A program made the position numbers and the translations under genes. Positions 48,723-57,964 of a stretch of DNA of 62,336 bases are shown here, one piece after another. A model generated the notes under the pieces. The model worked only from the letters and a program-made list of their open reading frames with translations, ran no database searches and had not been told where the DNA came from. The first letter of the stretch is position 1. Every line of letters starts with the position of its first letter. Source of the DNA: a virus (taxonomy: Duplodnaviria; Caudoviricetes); IMG/VR virus record IMGVR_UViG_3300045972_000062, positions 1 through 62,336 of that record; one strand, written 5' to 3'.

Positions 48723-49139
48723 TTACTTTAAAATTGTTTCTATTACCATGTTTATTTTCTTGATTTTATTAAAGAATAAAGGATTGAAATAATACATACC
48801 ATTGCTATTTGCCGGATAGATTATTTTAGCCGTTATAAGCTCACCTAACGAGGAGTAAACCCTACCCTTATTCATTACTTCAAACGAGGATAAACAGCTA
48901 TTCATATCGAACAGAATTAAGTCATCCTTTCGTGGCAATGTTGTAAGATGTTTTAATATGCCGATGGTGGTATTTGTAAAATCAAATTGCTTCTTTAAGT
49001 AATTGTGATATTCTTTTTCGAACTCAATTGCCTTTTTTGTCTGTACTTTTTTAGAATATAAAATACCCTCTGAATTGTTCAAAGGGAATGGATTTTCTTG
49101 TTTTGGCTCAAATGATTTAATTCCGGTATAAGTTCTCAT
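48723..49139 (-). CDS. RepL-like winged-helix protein
   Basis: L.ELI...II......YYFNPLFF. Confidence 0.55.
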   Translation of the reverse strand: MRTYTGIKSFEPKQENPFPLNNSEGILYSKKVQTKKAIEFEKEYHNYLKKQFDFTNTTIGILKHLTTLPRKDDLILFDMNSCLSSFEVMNKGRVYSSLGELITAKIIYPANSNGMYYFNPLFFNKIKKINMVIETILK

Positions 49140-49233
49140 TTTTTAATGTTTTTACAAATTAATACTCTTACTAAATAGCCAGTAACGCAACCAAATAGAA
49201 ACATTAGTACGGCAACTATAATTATTACGTCCA

Positions 49234-49458
49234 TTATAGTACTGGATTTTCAAAGTTCTTAACCATAACCTTAGTATATTTCGGGCAGGCTTTTAATATG
49301 TTATGCAACCCCGATACTAATTCAACATTTTGACTAATTAAACGCTCATAAACTTCAAGAGCTTGTTGCTCATCATTAAACACAAATACTATAAAGTTTT
49401 GTCTAACTTCCTGACTGAATGCCGTAATAGCATAATATTCTTTTTTTACTTTTTTCAT
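49234..49458 (-). CDS. hypothetical protein
   Basis: ORF downstream of the promoter at 49558. Confidence 0.5.
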   Translation of the reverse strand: MKKVKKEYYAITAFSQEVRQNFIVFVFNDEQQALEVYERLISQNVELVSGLHNILKACPKYTKVMVKNFENPVL

Positions 49459-49549
49459 TATCTTATTTTTTTAGTTATTAATAGCTTATTTTATTTCGTG
49501 TGCAGGCATTTGCCGTAGTCCATACTGCCTTAATTTCGCCTTTTAAATC

Positions 49550-49609
49550 CAAGGTTACAAAGATAGATTTAGAATTATAAAATCTTATTTTTTTAACTTT
49601 GTAACCTTG
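49550..49609. promoter_or_regulatory. 13-bp perfect inverted repeat overlapping divergent -7 promoter boxes
   Basis: CAAGGTTACAAAG / CTTTGTAACCTTG; TATCTTTG on minus (49558-49565) and TAACTTTG on plus (49594-49601). Confidence 0.7.
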
Positions 49610-49629
49610 ATCGAGTAATTGCTTTAAGG

Positions 49630-49845
49630 TTAGCATACTATTGCAATTACATTTTCTATAAAGAAATTTACGGCTTCAAAATCTGACTTCAAAGGTAATT
49701 CCATATCGCTAATAAAATCAATTTCTTCGCCATCTAACCAAATTTCAACCCCGATTTCATTGGAATGAATATCTTTATATTCTATGAACAAATATGTTAA
49801 GCCGTCAATTTTATAACTTCTTAACTTTTTACATTTACAGTTCAT
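49630..49845 (-). CDS. small early hypothetical protein
   Basis: ORF with A-rich leader. Confidence 0.55.
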   Translation of the reverse strand: MNCKCKKLRSYKIDGLTYLFIEYKDIHSNEIGVEIWLDGEEIDFISDMELPLKSDFEAVNFFIENVIAIVC

Positions 49846-50401
49846 ATCTTTAGTTTTTTGCCGTTAATAATAAATAAATCGAAGCTATAAGAAAGCCTAT
49901 AACAATTAGATACAAGCATTCAATTAAAGTAATACTATACATTAAAGTATTCCCAATTCATCAAGTAAATAAAGAACGTCTTTAATTACAATAGATTGAA
50001 CTTTTACAAAAAAAATACATTCGTCTATTGTAACCTCATAGTTATCTAATTTTGTTTTGCTTATAAAATACTGTACATCTTTGCAAGGACTTACATAATT
50101 AAATTTGCTCATATTATTTAAGTTTTAAAATTGTTTTTGAGTACTATATATTATTTTATTACCATCATTAACACAAATTAATGTACCTATTAATTCTACT
50201 TTTAAAATCCCTTTACTATTAAGACTTTCAAGTTCTTTGATTAATTCTTTTATATTAATTTCTTTCATCTTATTTGAGTTTAAAGGGTTTATTTTTTAGT
50301 AACATCTTTGAGTATCTTAATTCAACTTTTGCATGAATTAATTCTAACTTAATTCTTTTTTGAATTATAGCCAACTGATTAAAATACAAGTCGTACATAT
50401 A

Positions 50402-50932
50402 TTAATAATTTTCACCATCAATAGTAAACTCATTCTCATTTGCAATTAATGTTTCTTTAATAGCTTCATTGCTTTGTAAATATTCGCACTCATTTTTTAA
50501 GATGATTAAATAATCTTGCAATAAATCTTTTAAAAATTCACTTTCTAAATCATCACATTCACTGTCAAATAAATCATTATTTTCTTCAGAAACAATTTCT
50601 GTATTTATTTTGTCAGAATGTCTACAAACAAGATTATCATAGTCTGTTATAAATGTTTGTGCCGTTTTGTGCGTTTCGCAATCCTCCCCGTGCTCTTTTA
50701 TTATTTTAATTGCAACCTCATAAGCTGAAGTATTATTTAAAAAATTTCCTGTTATATCTTTACTTTCAGTGTTGAAACTGGCAATTTTAAGCCAAACATT
50801 TTCTGCATCTTCGTAAGAAGATTGCCACCAATTAAAATTTACATTAATATCTGAATTATTGCTAATTGCTTTTTCTTTTGCTTCCTCATTTAATTCATTG
50901 AATAAATAAAGATTTGTTTCTATTATTCTCAT
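50402..50932 (-). CDS. acidic early phage protein
   Basis: Y.F.EL.EEAKEKA...EYL.S.EAI.E...AN..EF..DG pattern; start at ATG 50932. Confidence 0.75.
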   Translation of the reverse strand: MRIIETNLYLFNELNEEAKEKAISNNSDINVNFNWWQSSYEDAENVWLKIASFNTESKDITGNFLNNTSAYEVAIKIIKEHGEDCETHKTAQTFITDYDNLVCRHSDKINTEIVSEENNDLFDSECDDLESEFLKDLLQDYLIILKNECEYLQSNEAIKETLIANENEFTIDGENY

Positions 50933-50955
50933 AATGTAAAATTTTAAGTTATTAA

Positions 50956-51022
50956 TTTGCTCCCGATATTGGAATCGAACCAACACAACCGTATTATTTT
51001 AGGTCGCAACCGTTACGGGAGA
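50956..51022 (-). ncRNA. tRNA-like intergenic element (acceptor stem plus T-arm)
   Basis: CTCCCG...TGTTGG-TTCGATT-CCAATA-T-CGGGAG-CAAA. Confidence 0.55.
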
Positions 51023-51032
51023 ATGTTTTAAT

Positions 51033-51464
51033 TTACAAACATGTAGGTGTTTGTTGACATAATTTTTCACATTCAGATTTTGTCAAAAATCCCAATTTAG
51101 TTAATTTATGAATGATTGAATAGTTTGTATGAAAAATCATATTCATACCACAACCCGAAATAGGAAATCCGTCACCTTTTCGACCTTCTTTGTAACCTAA
51201 TGCTAGAAAAAAACAATTGTATTGACGATAATAGCAATTATTTTCTTTGTTAATTTCGGTACTATTAAACTTAATAACTCGACTCTTTCCGCTTGTCGAT
51301 ACTGATTTAATAATACAGAACATTCTACCAGTTTTTATTGCTTGTATGTAGTTGTTTGCGTCCGAAATGAAACGCTCTGCATCATAAAACCTATCATTGT
51401 TAAAGTATTTCATTAGGCTTTTGTCTGCACTAAGTTTTTCGGTTATAATTTCAATAGTTTTCAT
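51033..51464 (-). CDS. conserved early phage protein
   Basis: VSxSGxSR...GCGMxM motif. Confidence 0.75.
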   Translation of the reverse strand: MKTIEIITEKLSADKSLMKYFNNDRFYDAERFISDANNYIQAIKTGRMFCIIKSVSTSGKSRVIKFNSTEINKENNCYYRQYNCFFLALGYKEGRKGDGFPISGCGMNMIFHTNYSIIHKLTKLGFLTKSECEKLCQQTPTCL

Positions 51465-51727
51465 AATATTAAGTATGTATGTTTTGTTTGTAAATTATTT
51501 AATTCTTTCCTGTTAATTGTACGTGTTGGATAGTTTGTTAAACGATATTCTTTTAAATCATGTTCTAGTGTTAATTCTCGTTTGCGTCCGTTTTTTAACT
51601 CTCTAAAACTGCCCGACATTTCAGAAGTTACGCCGTTTGAATTGCTTTCGTAAAAACTAACATCTTCCCAACCATACCCGTAATTTTGTTGTATAACTAC
51701 GTAGTATTTATATTTATTTGCTTTCAT
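51461..51727 (-). CDS. small early phage protein
   Basis: VIQ.NYGYGWED...LKEY. Confidence 0.7.
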   Translation of the reverse strand: MKANKYKYYVVIQQNYGYGWEDVSFYESNSNGVTSEMSGSFRELKNGRKRELTLEHDLKEYRLTNYPTRTINRKELNNLQTKHTYLIL

Positions 51728-51941
51728 ATCAATAAGTATTAAGGTTTATAATTTTCAGGAGCAACCGTCAACCGAATGACGGAAGATTTATTAAATCTTA
51801 GCTCAAAAGCTTTGCCCGTATAATTTATTGCAAGTTGGATTTTTAAGAATCTTGCAAAACATCAATATTTCAAATAACTCAATCAGTTAACAATGTCATC
51901 AAGTGGTGGTTTGATGTATTACATTCTCTAATTCTGATATA

Positions 51942-52074
51942 CAAATATACTACAAGTTATAATACTGTGCAAGTATTTATGTAACTATTTTTACATAAAA
52001 ATGAAAATAAATTATAACTACCTGAGATTCAATCTAGTAATTTTTGCATATTACTAAAAATAGTTTTATATTTG
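51942..52074. promoter_or_regulatory. divergent Bacteroidota promoters
   Basis: Minus TTG-N20-TATATTTG (51972-51942); plus TTTG-N20-TATATTTG (52043-52074). Confidence 0.8.
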
Positions 52075-52106
52075 ATAACATTTAATAATTACTAAATTAT
52101 ATATAT

Positions 52107-52454
52107 ATGAATCATACAACAAATGAATACATTAGAACCTTAGCATTGTTATACAAGCTTAGTACTAATGAGGTTATGGTATTACAAAACATATGTAATG
52201 CAGTTGATGGCGATAATTGCTTTAAAACTAAGCCATTATATCAAATCTTAACTCAGAAAAATAAGCTTGATTATAATGTATACAAGAATATTATATCAAG
52301 GCTTAAGAAATCTCTATTCATTCACAATGTTTCCCGCTCTGAATACATGCTCAACAAATCATTGTTTTGCTCAAACATGAATCAAATTAAGAGTGTTACA
52401 ATTCAAATTAAAATCATTGACGGGGTAAAACAACTTACTTTGAAATTTGCATAA
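52107..52454 (+). CDS. RepL-like winged-helix protein
   Basis: ISRLKK..FI......YMLN..LF; has its own promoter. Confidence 0.65.
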   Translation: MNHTTNEYIRTLALLYKLSTNEVMVLQNICNAVDGDNCFKTKPLYQILTQKNKLDYNVYKNIISRLKKSLFIHNVSRSEYMLNKSLFCSNMNQIKSVTIQIKIIDGVKQLTLKFA

Positions 52455-53590
52455 TATAAGATTTACTAATCTTAATTTCGGTGGCAGAAAAGAACAGAGA
52501 AGCAAACATACTACATAACATATAAGAATAACATAAACACAACAGGCGAAGCCTGAGCGAAGCGAAGAAACAAAACAAGTTACGCAACTATTACAAGCAT
52601 ACTCAAGCAATAGCCTATATAAGCTTTGAAAACAACTAACAGCAATCAATAGTATTATATAGGCTTTCATGTGCTACATAACTACACGAATATGTGCAAT
52701 ATAATAGCACAATTCTAGCCTAATTACACTGCATTACAAGCGTTTACGTATCTATCCAATAGAATACACTATCAAGCAAAACAGCCGCCTAAAACAAGCA
52801 ACAAAAACCATAAAAACACGTAAAAAATCGCGCTACCCATACAAGCGGCTCTTGGAACTGCTTATTTGCGCTGTTGTTCTCTGACTATTTATGAACGTTC
52901 GGCAGTCAATTACGGCAGTAGATTTATGTAGATTTAGGTCAGATTATGGCACAGGAATGCTACAAAAGGCGTTTAACCGTCAATTCGGGGGTATTTTATG
53001 GGTATTTTTGCGAAAAGTGTAATTATGGAGTTTGTTGGCTAGCAGATAGTTAGTCTTGTTCGTTCCCCGTGGAGTATCAAGTCTAAAAAATGGAAAGTGT
53101 AATTACGAATTGAGTGCATTTGTAGGCTATTGCAGGCTATTGTATTGGTTTGACTTGTAGGATCGCAAGCCTTGTAGGTTAGCTTAGTGTTGTAGGTTGA
53201 TAGATGATATAAAGTTTAGTTGTGTTGCTTTGGTTGCGTCTGCTAACTATTGAACGCCGAACACTAGCAACGGCAAGCACTCGACTGCGCCGCCACCACG
53301 TTTATAAATTGCAAGCCTTTCAAATTTATATGCCGGCATGCTGAATTAATTCCATTCCAAATAAGGAAGCAACAAGCATACAAGAGGGTAACGCTTGAGA
53401 AAGTCAAGAAAAAGTATTGCAACCCGTTAATTTTTGCCTGAGAACTAAAAAACACTCCCCCGTACACCAAGCATCGGGTGGAAATCTCCGGCTGCGCCTC
53501 CGTCACTATGTAGGCATAGCAATAAAAATTTTTTATTTTATTTTATTTTTTTGAGTTGCATTTGACCGTTCAATGACAGCTGTAAAAATT
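52455..53590. other. non-coding region with skew inversion, dyad elements and GCGAAGC hairpins (candidate origin or genome end)
   Basis: AC-rich left arm, GT-rich right arm, nested short inverted repeats. Confidence 0.45.
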
Positions 53591-53593
53591 TTT

Positions 53594-54304
53594 TTATTTT
53601 ATTTTTTTGAATTTATGGCTATATATTTTTTTAAGTTCTTGAATAGTTTGTGAGAAAGAGGTTATGTAATTCATTTCGATTGCGAAAGCTATTTTTCGTT
53701 CTAGTAGTTCTAGTTCTTTTAGTTGATTTTGGGAAGCGGACTGTCTTATTCCGGTAATATGTTTATTAAACACTATAAGATTTAGAGCTACGGCAAGTTC
53801 TTTATAGTTTGGGTTTTGGAATTTGGATATTTGATTGGTAAGTCCTTTGTACATATTTCCGGCTTCTATACGGTTAAGTATTAGTTCATCTGTAAGCCAA
53901 GTAACGGCTGTTCCGTATATTTCTGGGGAGAACTCCATTGCAAGTAGCATCCATACGTATGGGTTCGCCCAGGTTGTCTTTGTTTGTCTGGCTCCGGTAG
54001 TTTTCCACGCTCCGATTTCTTTAAGGTATTTTGTAATTCCCTTATTTTTAATGTGTTCTATAAACGTAGACATTTCTATGTTTATAACTTCCTGATTTTT
54101 AAGTATATAATATATACGTTCTTTATTATCTGTTCTTGCTATGACTTCTGAGGTATGTTTTACGGAGTATCCTGCTATGATATTTCTTTGTTTCGCTACT
54201 GTTTCTAGGTCTGAGATGCACAGCATTGAGTTTTTTGTTTGTTGTCTTATAGTTGTACCGAAGAGTGTTCTATCGGAAGATGTCATTATTACATTTGTTT
54301 CCAT
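53594..54304 (-). CDS. KilA-N-like protein
   Basis: ISDL...TWANPYVW...EFSPE..W..D.LI..R..AG..Y; start at ATG 54304. Confidence 0.8.
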   Translation of the reverse strand: METNVIMTSSDRTLFGTTIRQQTKNSMLCISDLETVAKQRNIIAGYSVKHTSEVIARTDNKERIYYILKNQEVINIEMSTFIEHIKNKGITKYLKEIGAWKTTGARQTKTTWANPYVWMLLAMEFSPEIYGTAVTWLTDELILNRIEAGNMYKGLTNQISKFQNPNYKELAVALNLIVFNKHITGIRQSASQNQLKELELLERKIAFAIEMNYITSFSQTIQELKKIYSHKFKKIK

Positions 54305-54331
54305 TTGTTTAGTTTTTAGTTGTTTATAATT

Positions 54332-54363
54332 CAAATGTACTAAAAGTTTTTATATAAAACAAA
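54332..54363 (-). promoter_or_regulatory. Bacteroidota promoter
   Basis: TTTG-N20-TACATTTG. Confidence 0.75.
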
Positions 54364-54386
54364 TTACTGTTTATGTATTATAGTAT

Positions 54387-54419
54387 AAAAAGTAAACCCC
54401 GAGTTTTTGTCTCAGGGTT
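54387..54419 (-). terminator. intrinsic terminator
   Basis: AACCCTGAG/CTCGGGGTT stem then TACTTTTT on minus. Confidence 0.65.
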
Positions 54420-54433
54420 GTTTTGTGTTTATG

Positions 54434-54955
54434 TTATACTTCTTGTTTTTTAAGGTATTCGTAGTATTGTTCGTATGTTTTCATTTTTTTGATATCTTTT
54501 TCATTATCATCTTTTTTGCCTAATCTGAATCTATATTTGTAGCTAGTTATCTTAGCCCACGCCATAAGTTCTTGTTTTGAGAACATTTTCTCCATTATTT
54601 CTATTGCTTGAAATCCTCCTATCATTTCGTAGTGTTTGGAGTCATTGTTTACTAGAGGGTGTTCAGGTTTAGGTTCTATTATTAGAGTTGCGTTATTCAT
54701 GTTGTCTTGTTTTATTTTAGCTTGTGCTATATCGTTATCGTCTTTTATGGATATGTTTGCTGTAGTTTTTATTATTGACTCTTCGTATGGTTTTGGCTTT
54801 TCTGTTGTTATTGATTTTGCTTTATAACCTTTAAGCGTTCCTTTAGGAGTTTTTACTACTACATCTCCGTTATCCCAGGTTGATTTGTATGTTCCGACAA
54901 GTTTTCCTATTGAACGAGAGTAGATGTTTGTTCCTTCTTTGATTGTTGTTTTCAT
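54434..54955 (-). CDS. DUF3310 domain protein
   Basis: VN...HY.....AI....KY..R.GKK....DIKK...Y. Confidence 0.75.
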   Translation of the reverse strand: MKTTIKEGTNIYSRSIGKLVGTYKSTWDNGDVVVKTPKGTLKGYKAKSITTEKPKPYEESIIKTTANISIKDDNDIAQAKIKQDNMNNATLIIEPKPEHPLVNNDSKHYEMIGGFQAIEIMEKMFSKQELMAWAKITSYKYRFRLGKKDDNEKDIKKMKTYEQYYEYLKKQEV

Positions 54956-54959
54956 GTTT

Positions 54960-55187
54960 TTATCCTCCGATTATAGTTTTTAGTTCTTGAAGTCTTGTTA
55001 GGTATTGTTTGAATATTTTGTTACCGTTATTGTATCTTGCCATGCTTATGTGGGAAGCTATGAAAGACTTTGGGTCTATTATTGTACCTTTTTTAAAAGA
55101 TATTGTCTTAGGCAGTGTTTTTGTAGCGAAGAATGCTTCTAGTTCGTCTATGGTAGAAGTCCAGTCTTCAGTTTTAGGTTTGTTCAT
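54960..55187 (-). CDS. small Bacteroidota phage protein (DUF6965-like)
   Basis: IxELExFF...LP...I.D...FI.SH...Y..RL.EL. Confidence 0.65.
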   Translation of the reverse strand: MNKPKTEDWTSTIDELEAFFATKTLPKTISFKKGTIIDPKSFIASHISMARYNNGNKIFKQYLTRLQELKTIIGG

Positions 55188-55192
55188 ATGGT

Positions 55193-55429
55193 TTATATTT
55201 TTACAAGATGACGACATTGAACGGTATATTCGAATTCTGATATATTTACAAGATACTTGCTATGAACATATGTTACATTAGATTTAAAACCTACTTTTAG
55301 GTTAGAATATCCTCCATCGTTTATTACTTCAACTTTATCTCCAACTTTAAATTCTTGATTAGGTACGGCAATAATTTCTGGTTCCGGGTTTTGTTTAAAA
55401 TAAACATCTCCTATTTTTTGAGATTTCAT
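55193..55429 (-). CDS. hypothetical protein
   Basis: FKVGDKV SH3-like pattern. Confidence 0.55.
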   Translation of the reverse strand: MKSQKIGDVYFKQNPEPEIIAVPNQEFKVGDKVEVINDGGYSNLKVGFKSNVTYVHSKYLVNISEFEYTVQCRHLVKI

Positions 55430-55573
55430 GTCTACTTTTTTATTTTCAGGTTCTTTTATGCCGGCATTTTTAGGTTTGAAGTTTTTAAAATCGTCTGAGC
55501 ATGTATGGCAGGTATTGTTTAGAAATTCACAGTCATTACATTTCTCTACTTCTTTAAAAGTATCTGAAGTATT

Positions 55574-55861
55574 TCATGGTTGTTCGTAAGATTCAATATA
55601 TTCTTTTGTTGGTGCCGGATCTTTTACTTCTTCCACAGGAGTGGTGACATTAATATCTTTACAGAATTTTGAGAATCTGTCTTGAGATCTTTTATGCCAG
55701 TATCTTCTTACTTCGGTAATGTCGCTGAGAGATGTTTTGTGTTTACGTTTGTCGATAAGTGTTGACATGGCTAATGCGATGTCTATAATGTCTGTTGATA
55801 GCGTAATATCGCAGGCTACAAGAGCGAGTCTTACGTATTCTAATTTTTCTTCTGGTGTCAT
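55574..55861 (-). CDS. hypothetical protein
   Basis: ORF in operon orientation. Confidence 0.6.
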   Translation of the reverse strand: MTPEEKLEYVRLALVACDITLSTDIIDIALAMSTLIDKRKHKTSLSDITEVRRYWHKRSQDRFSKFCKDINVTTPVEEVKDPAPTKEYIESYEQP

Positions 55862-55865
55862 AGTT

Positions 55866-56186
55866 TTATATATTAAATTGTGTTTTTATAGTTTGTAATA
55901 GTTCTTGTTCTTGGATTGTTAATGTGCCGGCAACTTGTTCTTGTAGTTCCAGCGAGTATATTATAAGCTTAGCTTGTTCTATATCTATATTCATAAGATA
56001 ATGTTTATTAGCTGTTGTGAATATGTATCTTTTGTTTTTTGTTTCTACGGCAGCACTAATGTTTGATATAACGAATGTTATTCCGTGATTGACTATAGTA
56101 GTGCCTATCGGCAATATGAAGTCTGTAACGGAGTCTGATTGGTCGTTATCAACATTAAAGTTTATGTTATTGATTATTTTTTTCAT
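55866..56186 (-). CDS. hypothetical protein
   Basis: ORF in operon orientation. Confidence 0.5.
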   Translation of the reverse strand: MKKIINNINFNVDNDQSDSVTDFILPIGTTIVNHGITFVISNISAAVETKNKRYIFTTANKHYLMNIDIEQAKLIIYSLELQEQVAGTLTIQEQELLQTIKTQFNI

Positions 56187-56193
56187 GCCGTAC

Positions 56194-57072
56194 TTAAAAT
56201 AACTCAGGTTTAGTTTGTTTTATCTTTACTGTAGTTAAAAAGAATAATGTTTTAAAATTTATTGTAGGGTTTTTAAATTCCTTAACAAAGTTCCAGCACT
56301 CTTCAGTAACTAGGCAATAGTAAATTACATTTAAAAGTCTTGGAATCATTTTAGAACTACAGCCGGATTCGTTTTGTATTTTACTAAATTCCTTATCTAT
56401 CAATGATAATGTTACATATTTGTTTACAATATCTTGCTCAATAATATTACATTCTTTTAGTTCTGTAATTTGAGTTTTAGAATGTTTTGCTTTAAATTCA
56501 TTTGTAACAATTTTAGCCCAAGTTATTCTACCGAATTTATTTTTAAAGTTATAATTTTTAATTACTATACCTTCTCCAATACCTTTACCATCTTCAATAA
56601 GGTAACCATTTTTTTCTAATTGATTCTGTAATCTTTCGTATATAGGATTATCTACCTTGCATATCGGAGGAATATATTCTATACCGAACTCTTCTAATAT
56701 TGATTTATATGTTTCGTATGTTAAATATTCTCCACCATTAGTAACATCAAAGACATAGAAATTATTCCACGAATCTTTATTATATGTTCTTAATGAATGA
56801 GGCACTAACCATTCTCCGTATAATCTAATTGTAGGATATTTTTCAAATAGTTTATAAAAGCAAATTTGCTTTACAGCCCAATTGTAAAATCCGGCATTAT
56901 CATTATCTAAAGATAACTGTCTATTTCTACTACCAGCTTGTATAGCTTCATTAAACCATAGTTGAGAGTTCGTTCCATCTATTTTAGGAAACACATAGCA
57001 TGTTCCATATTCTATTCCTTCTGTTTCGACTGTTCCAAGTCTTTCTACGTGTTGATATTTTTCAAATTCCAT
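56194..57072 (-). CDS. ATP-dependent RNA ligase (Rnl2-like)
   Basis: KIDGTN (motif I), YGEW, FYVFDV, EGIVIK, AKIV; start at ATG 57072. Confidence 0.85.
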   Translation of the reverse strand: MEFEKYQHVERLGTVETEGIEYGTCYVFPKIDGTNSQLWFNEAIQAGSRNRQLSLDNDNAGFYNWAVKQICFYKLFEKYPTIRLYGEWLVPHSLRTYNKDSWNNFYVFDVTNGGEYLTYETYKSILEEFGIEYIPPICKVDNPIYERLQNQLEKNGYLIEDGKGIGEGIVIKNYNFKNKFGRITWAKIVTNEFKAKHSKTQITELKECNIIEQDIVNKYVTLSLIDKEFSKIQNESGCSSKMIPRLLNVIYYCLVTEECWNFVKEFKNPTINFKTLFFLTTVKIKQTKPELF

Positions 57073-57095
57073 AACAATATTCTTTTTAAATAACA

Positions 57096-57210
57096 AACCC
57101 TCTGTCAGGTAGAGCAAGTACCATCGGAGGGTTCTATGGATTATTAATCCAGTTTCTTTGTTCACATCCTTGCTCGATGTTAGTCTTTCGAAGAAGACAT
57201 TACAAATATA
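57096..57210 (-). promoter_or_regulatory. promoter plus structured leader (loop-pairing hairpin) of the RNA ligase gene
   Basis: TATATTTG at 57210-57203; hairpin loop CTTGCTC complementary to upstream GAGCAAG. Confidence 0.6.
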
Positions 57211-57258
57211 GTAATGTTATTTAATTTAACAACTATAAATGTTTATTTATTTTAATTA

Positions 57259-57501
57259 TTAAAATGGAATCTTCATCCACCTGACAACAGTATCATTTAT
57301 TAACCAGTCGTTATTATTTATCTCGTCAACTTGATACCAATCAAAAAAGTTAACACCATCCATAACTCCTTCATAACATCGTCCAATAAACTGCTTACCA
57401 TTATTTGTTTCTCCTATAACTAGGTCGCTTTGTTTTCCGTCCCAATGTCCTAACTCAAAACATATAGGAAGTTGCTCTGTTGATTCAATCCAGTCTTTCA
57501 T
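57259..57501 (-). CDS. DUF551-like small protein
   Basis: WI....LP...V.RWM.IP. Confidence 0.65.
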   Translation of the reverse strand: MKDWIESTEQLPICFELGHWDGKQSDLVIGETNNGKQFIGRCYEGVMDGVNFFDWYQVDEINNNDWLINDTVVRWMKIPF

Positions 57502-57513
57502 TTTAGTTTTGTT

Positions 57514-57696
57514 TTATATAAATAAGTTTTTAATGTAATCTATTAGTTTAAAGAAGTAGTGAAATAAAGATACCCATATAACAAGCATTATTAGCACAAA
57601 TAAGAATGCACATATAAAAGACATTATCCATAATATTGCTGATCCTATACTATATCCGGTATTACTTGTTATTAAGAAGTTATGTATAGTTTCCAT
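57514..57696 (-). CDS. small membrane protein
   Basis: One long hydrophobic segment. Confidence 0.55.
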   Translation of the reverse strand: METIHNFLITSNTGYSIGSAILWIMSFICAFLFVLIMLVIWVSLFHYFFKLIDYIKNLFI

Positions 57697-57713
57697 TTTA
57701 TTCTCCACCGATT

Positions 57714-57959
57714 TTATTTTTGTAAAACTCCTTGTTCGTACCATAACTTACCATTGCATTTGTCATACCATTTAGGTGTAACATCATCTGAGTAAAGACA
57801 GCATGATACTTTAATCAAACATTCTTTTAACTCTTCCGGCATGCCTTCTTTTGCAATGTCAGACAATTGCCTTTTAGTTTTAGGAAATGAACTTCCGGTA
57901 TCTAATCTTCTAATCCCTTGCTCACCGTCAACGTAAGTGTAAATAAATTCAATTTGCAT
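57714..57959 (-). CDS. hypothetical protein
   Basis: ORF in operon orientation. Confidence 0.55.
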   Translation of the reverse strand: MQIEFIYTYVDGEQGIRRLDTGSSFPKTKRQLSDIAKEGMPEELKECLIKVSCCLYSDDVTPKWYDKCNGKLWYEQGVLQK

Positions 57960-57964
57960 ATTAT

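Noticed and set aside
52371-53506. ORFs 52371-52670 and 53264-53506 (minus)
   Set aside because: Atypical composition produced by strand-skewed non-coding DNA; no recognisable motifs or good initiation context.
31095-55281. Short + strand ORFs inside the minus-strand block (other than 52107-52454)
   Set aside because: Antisense shadows of supported genes, several with non-ATG starts.
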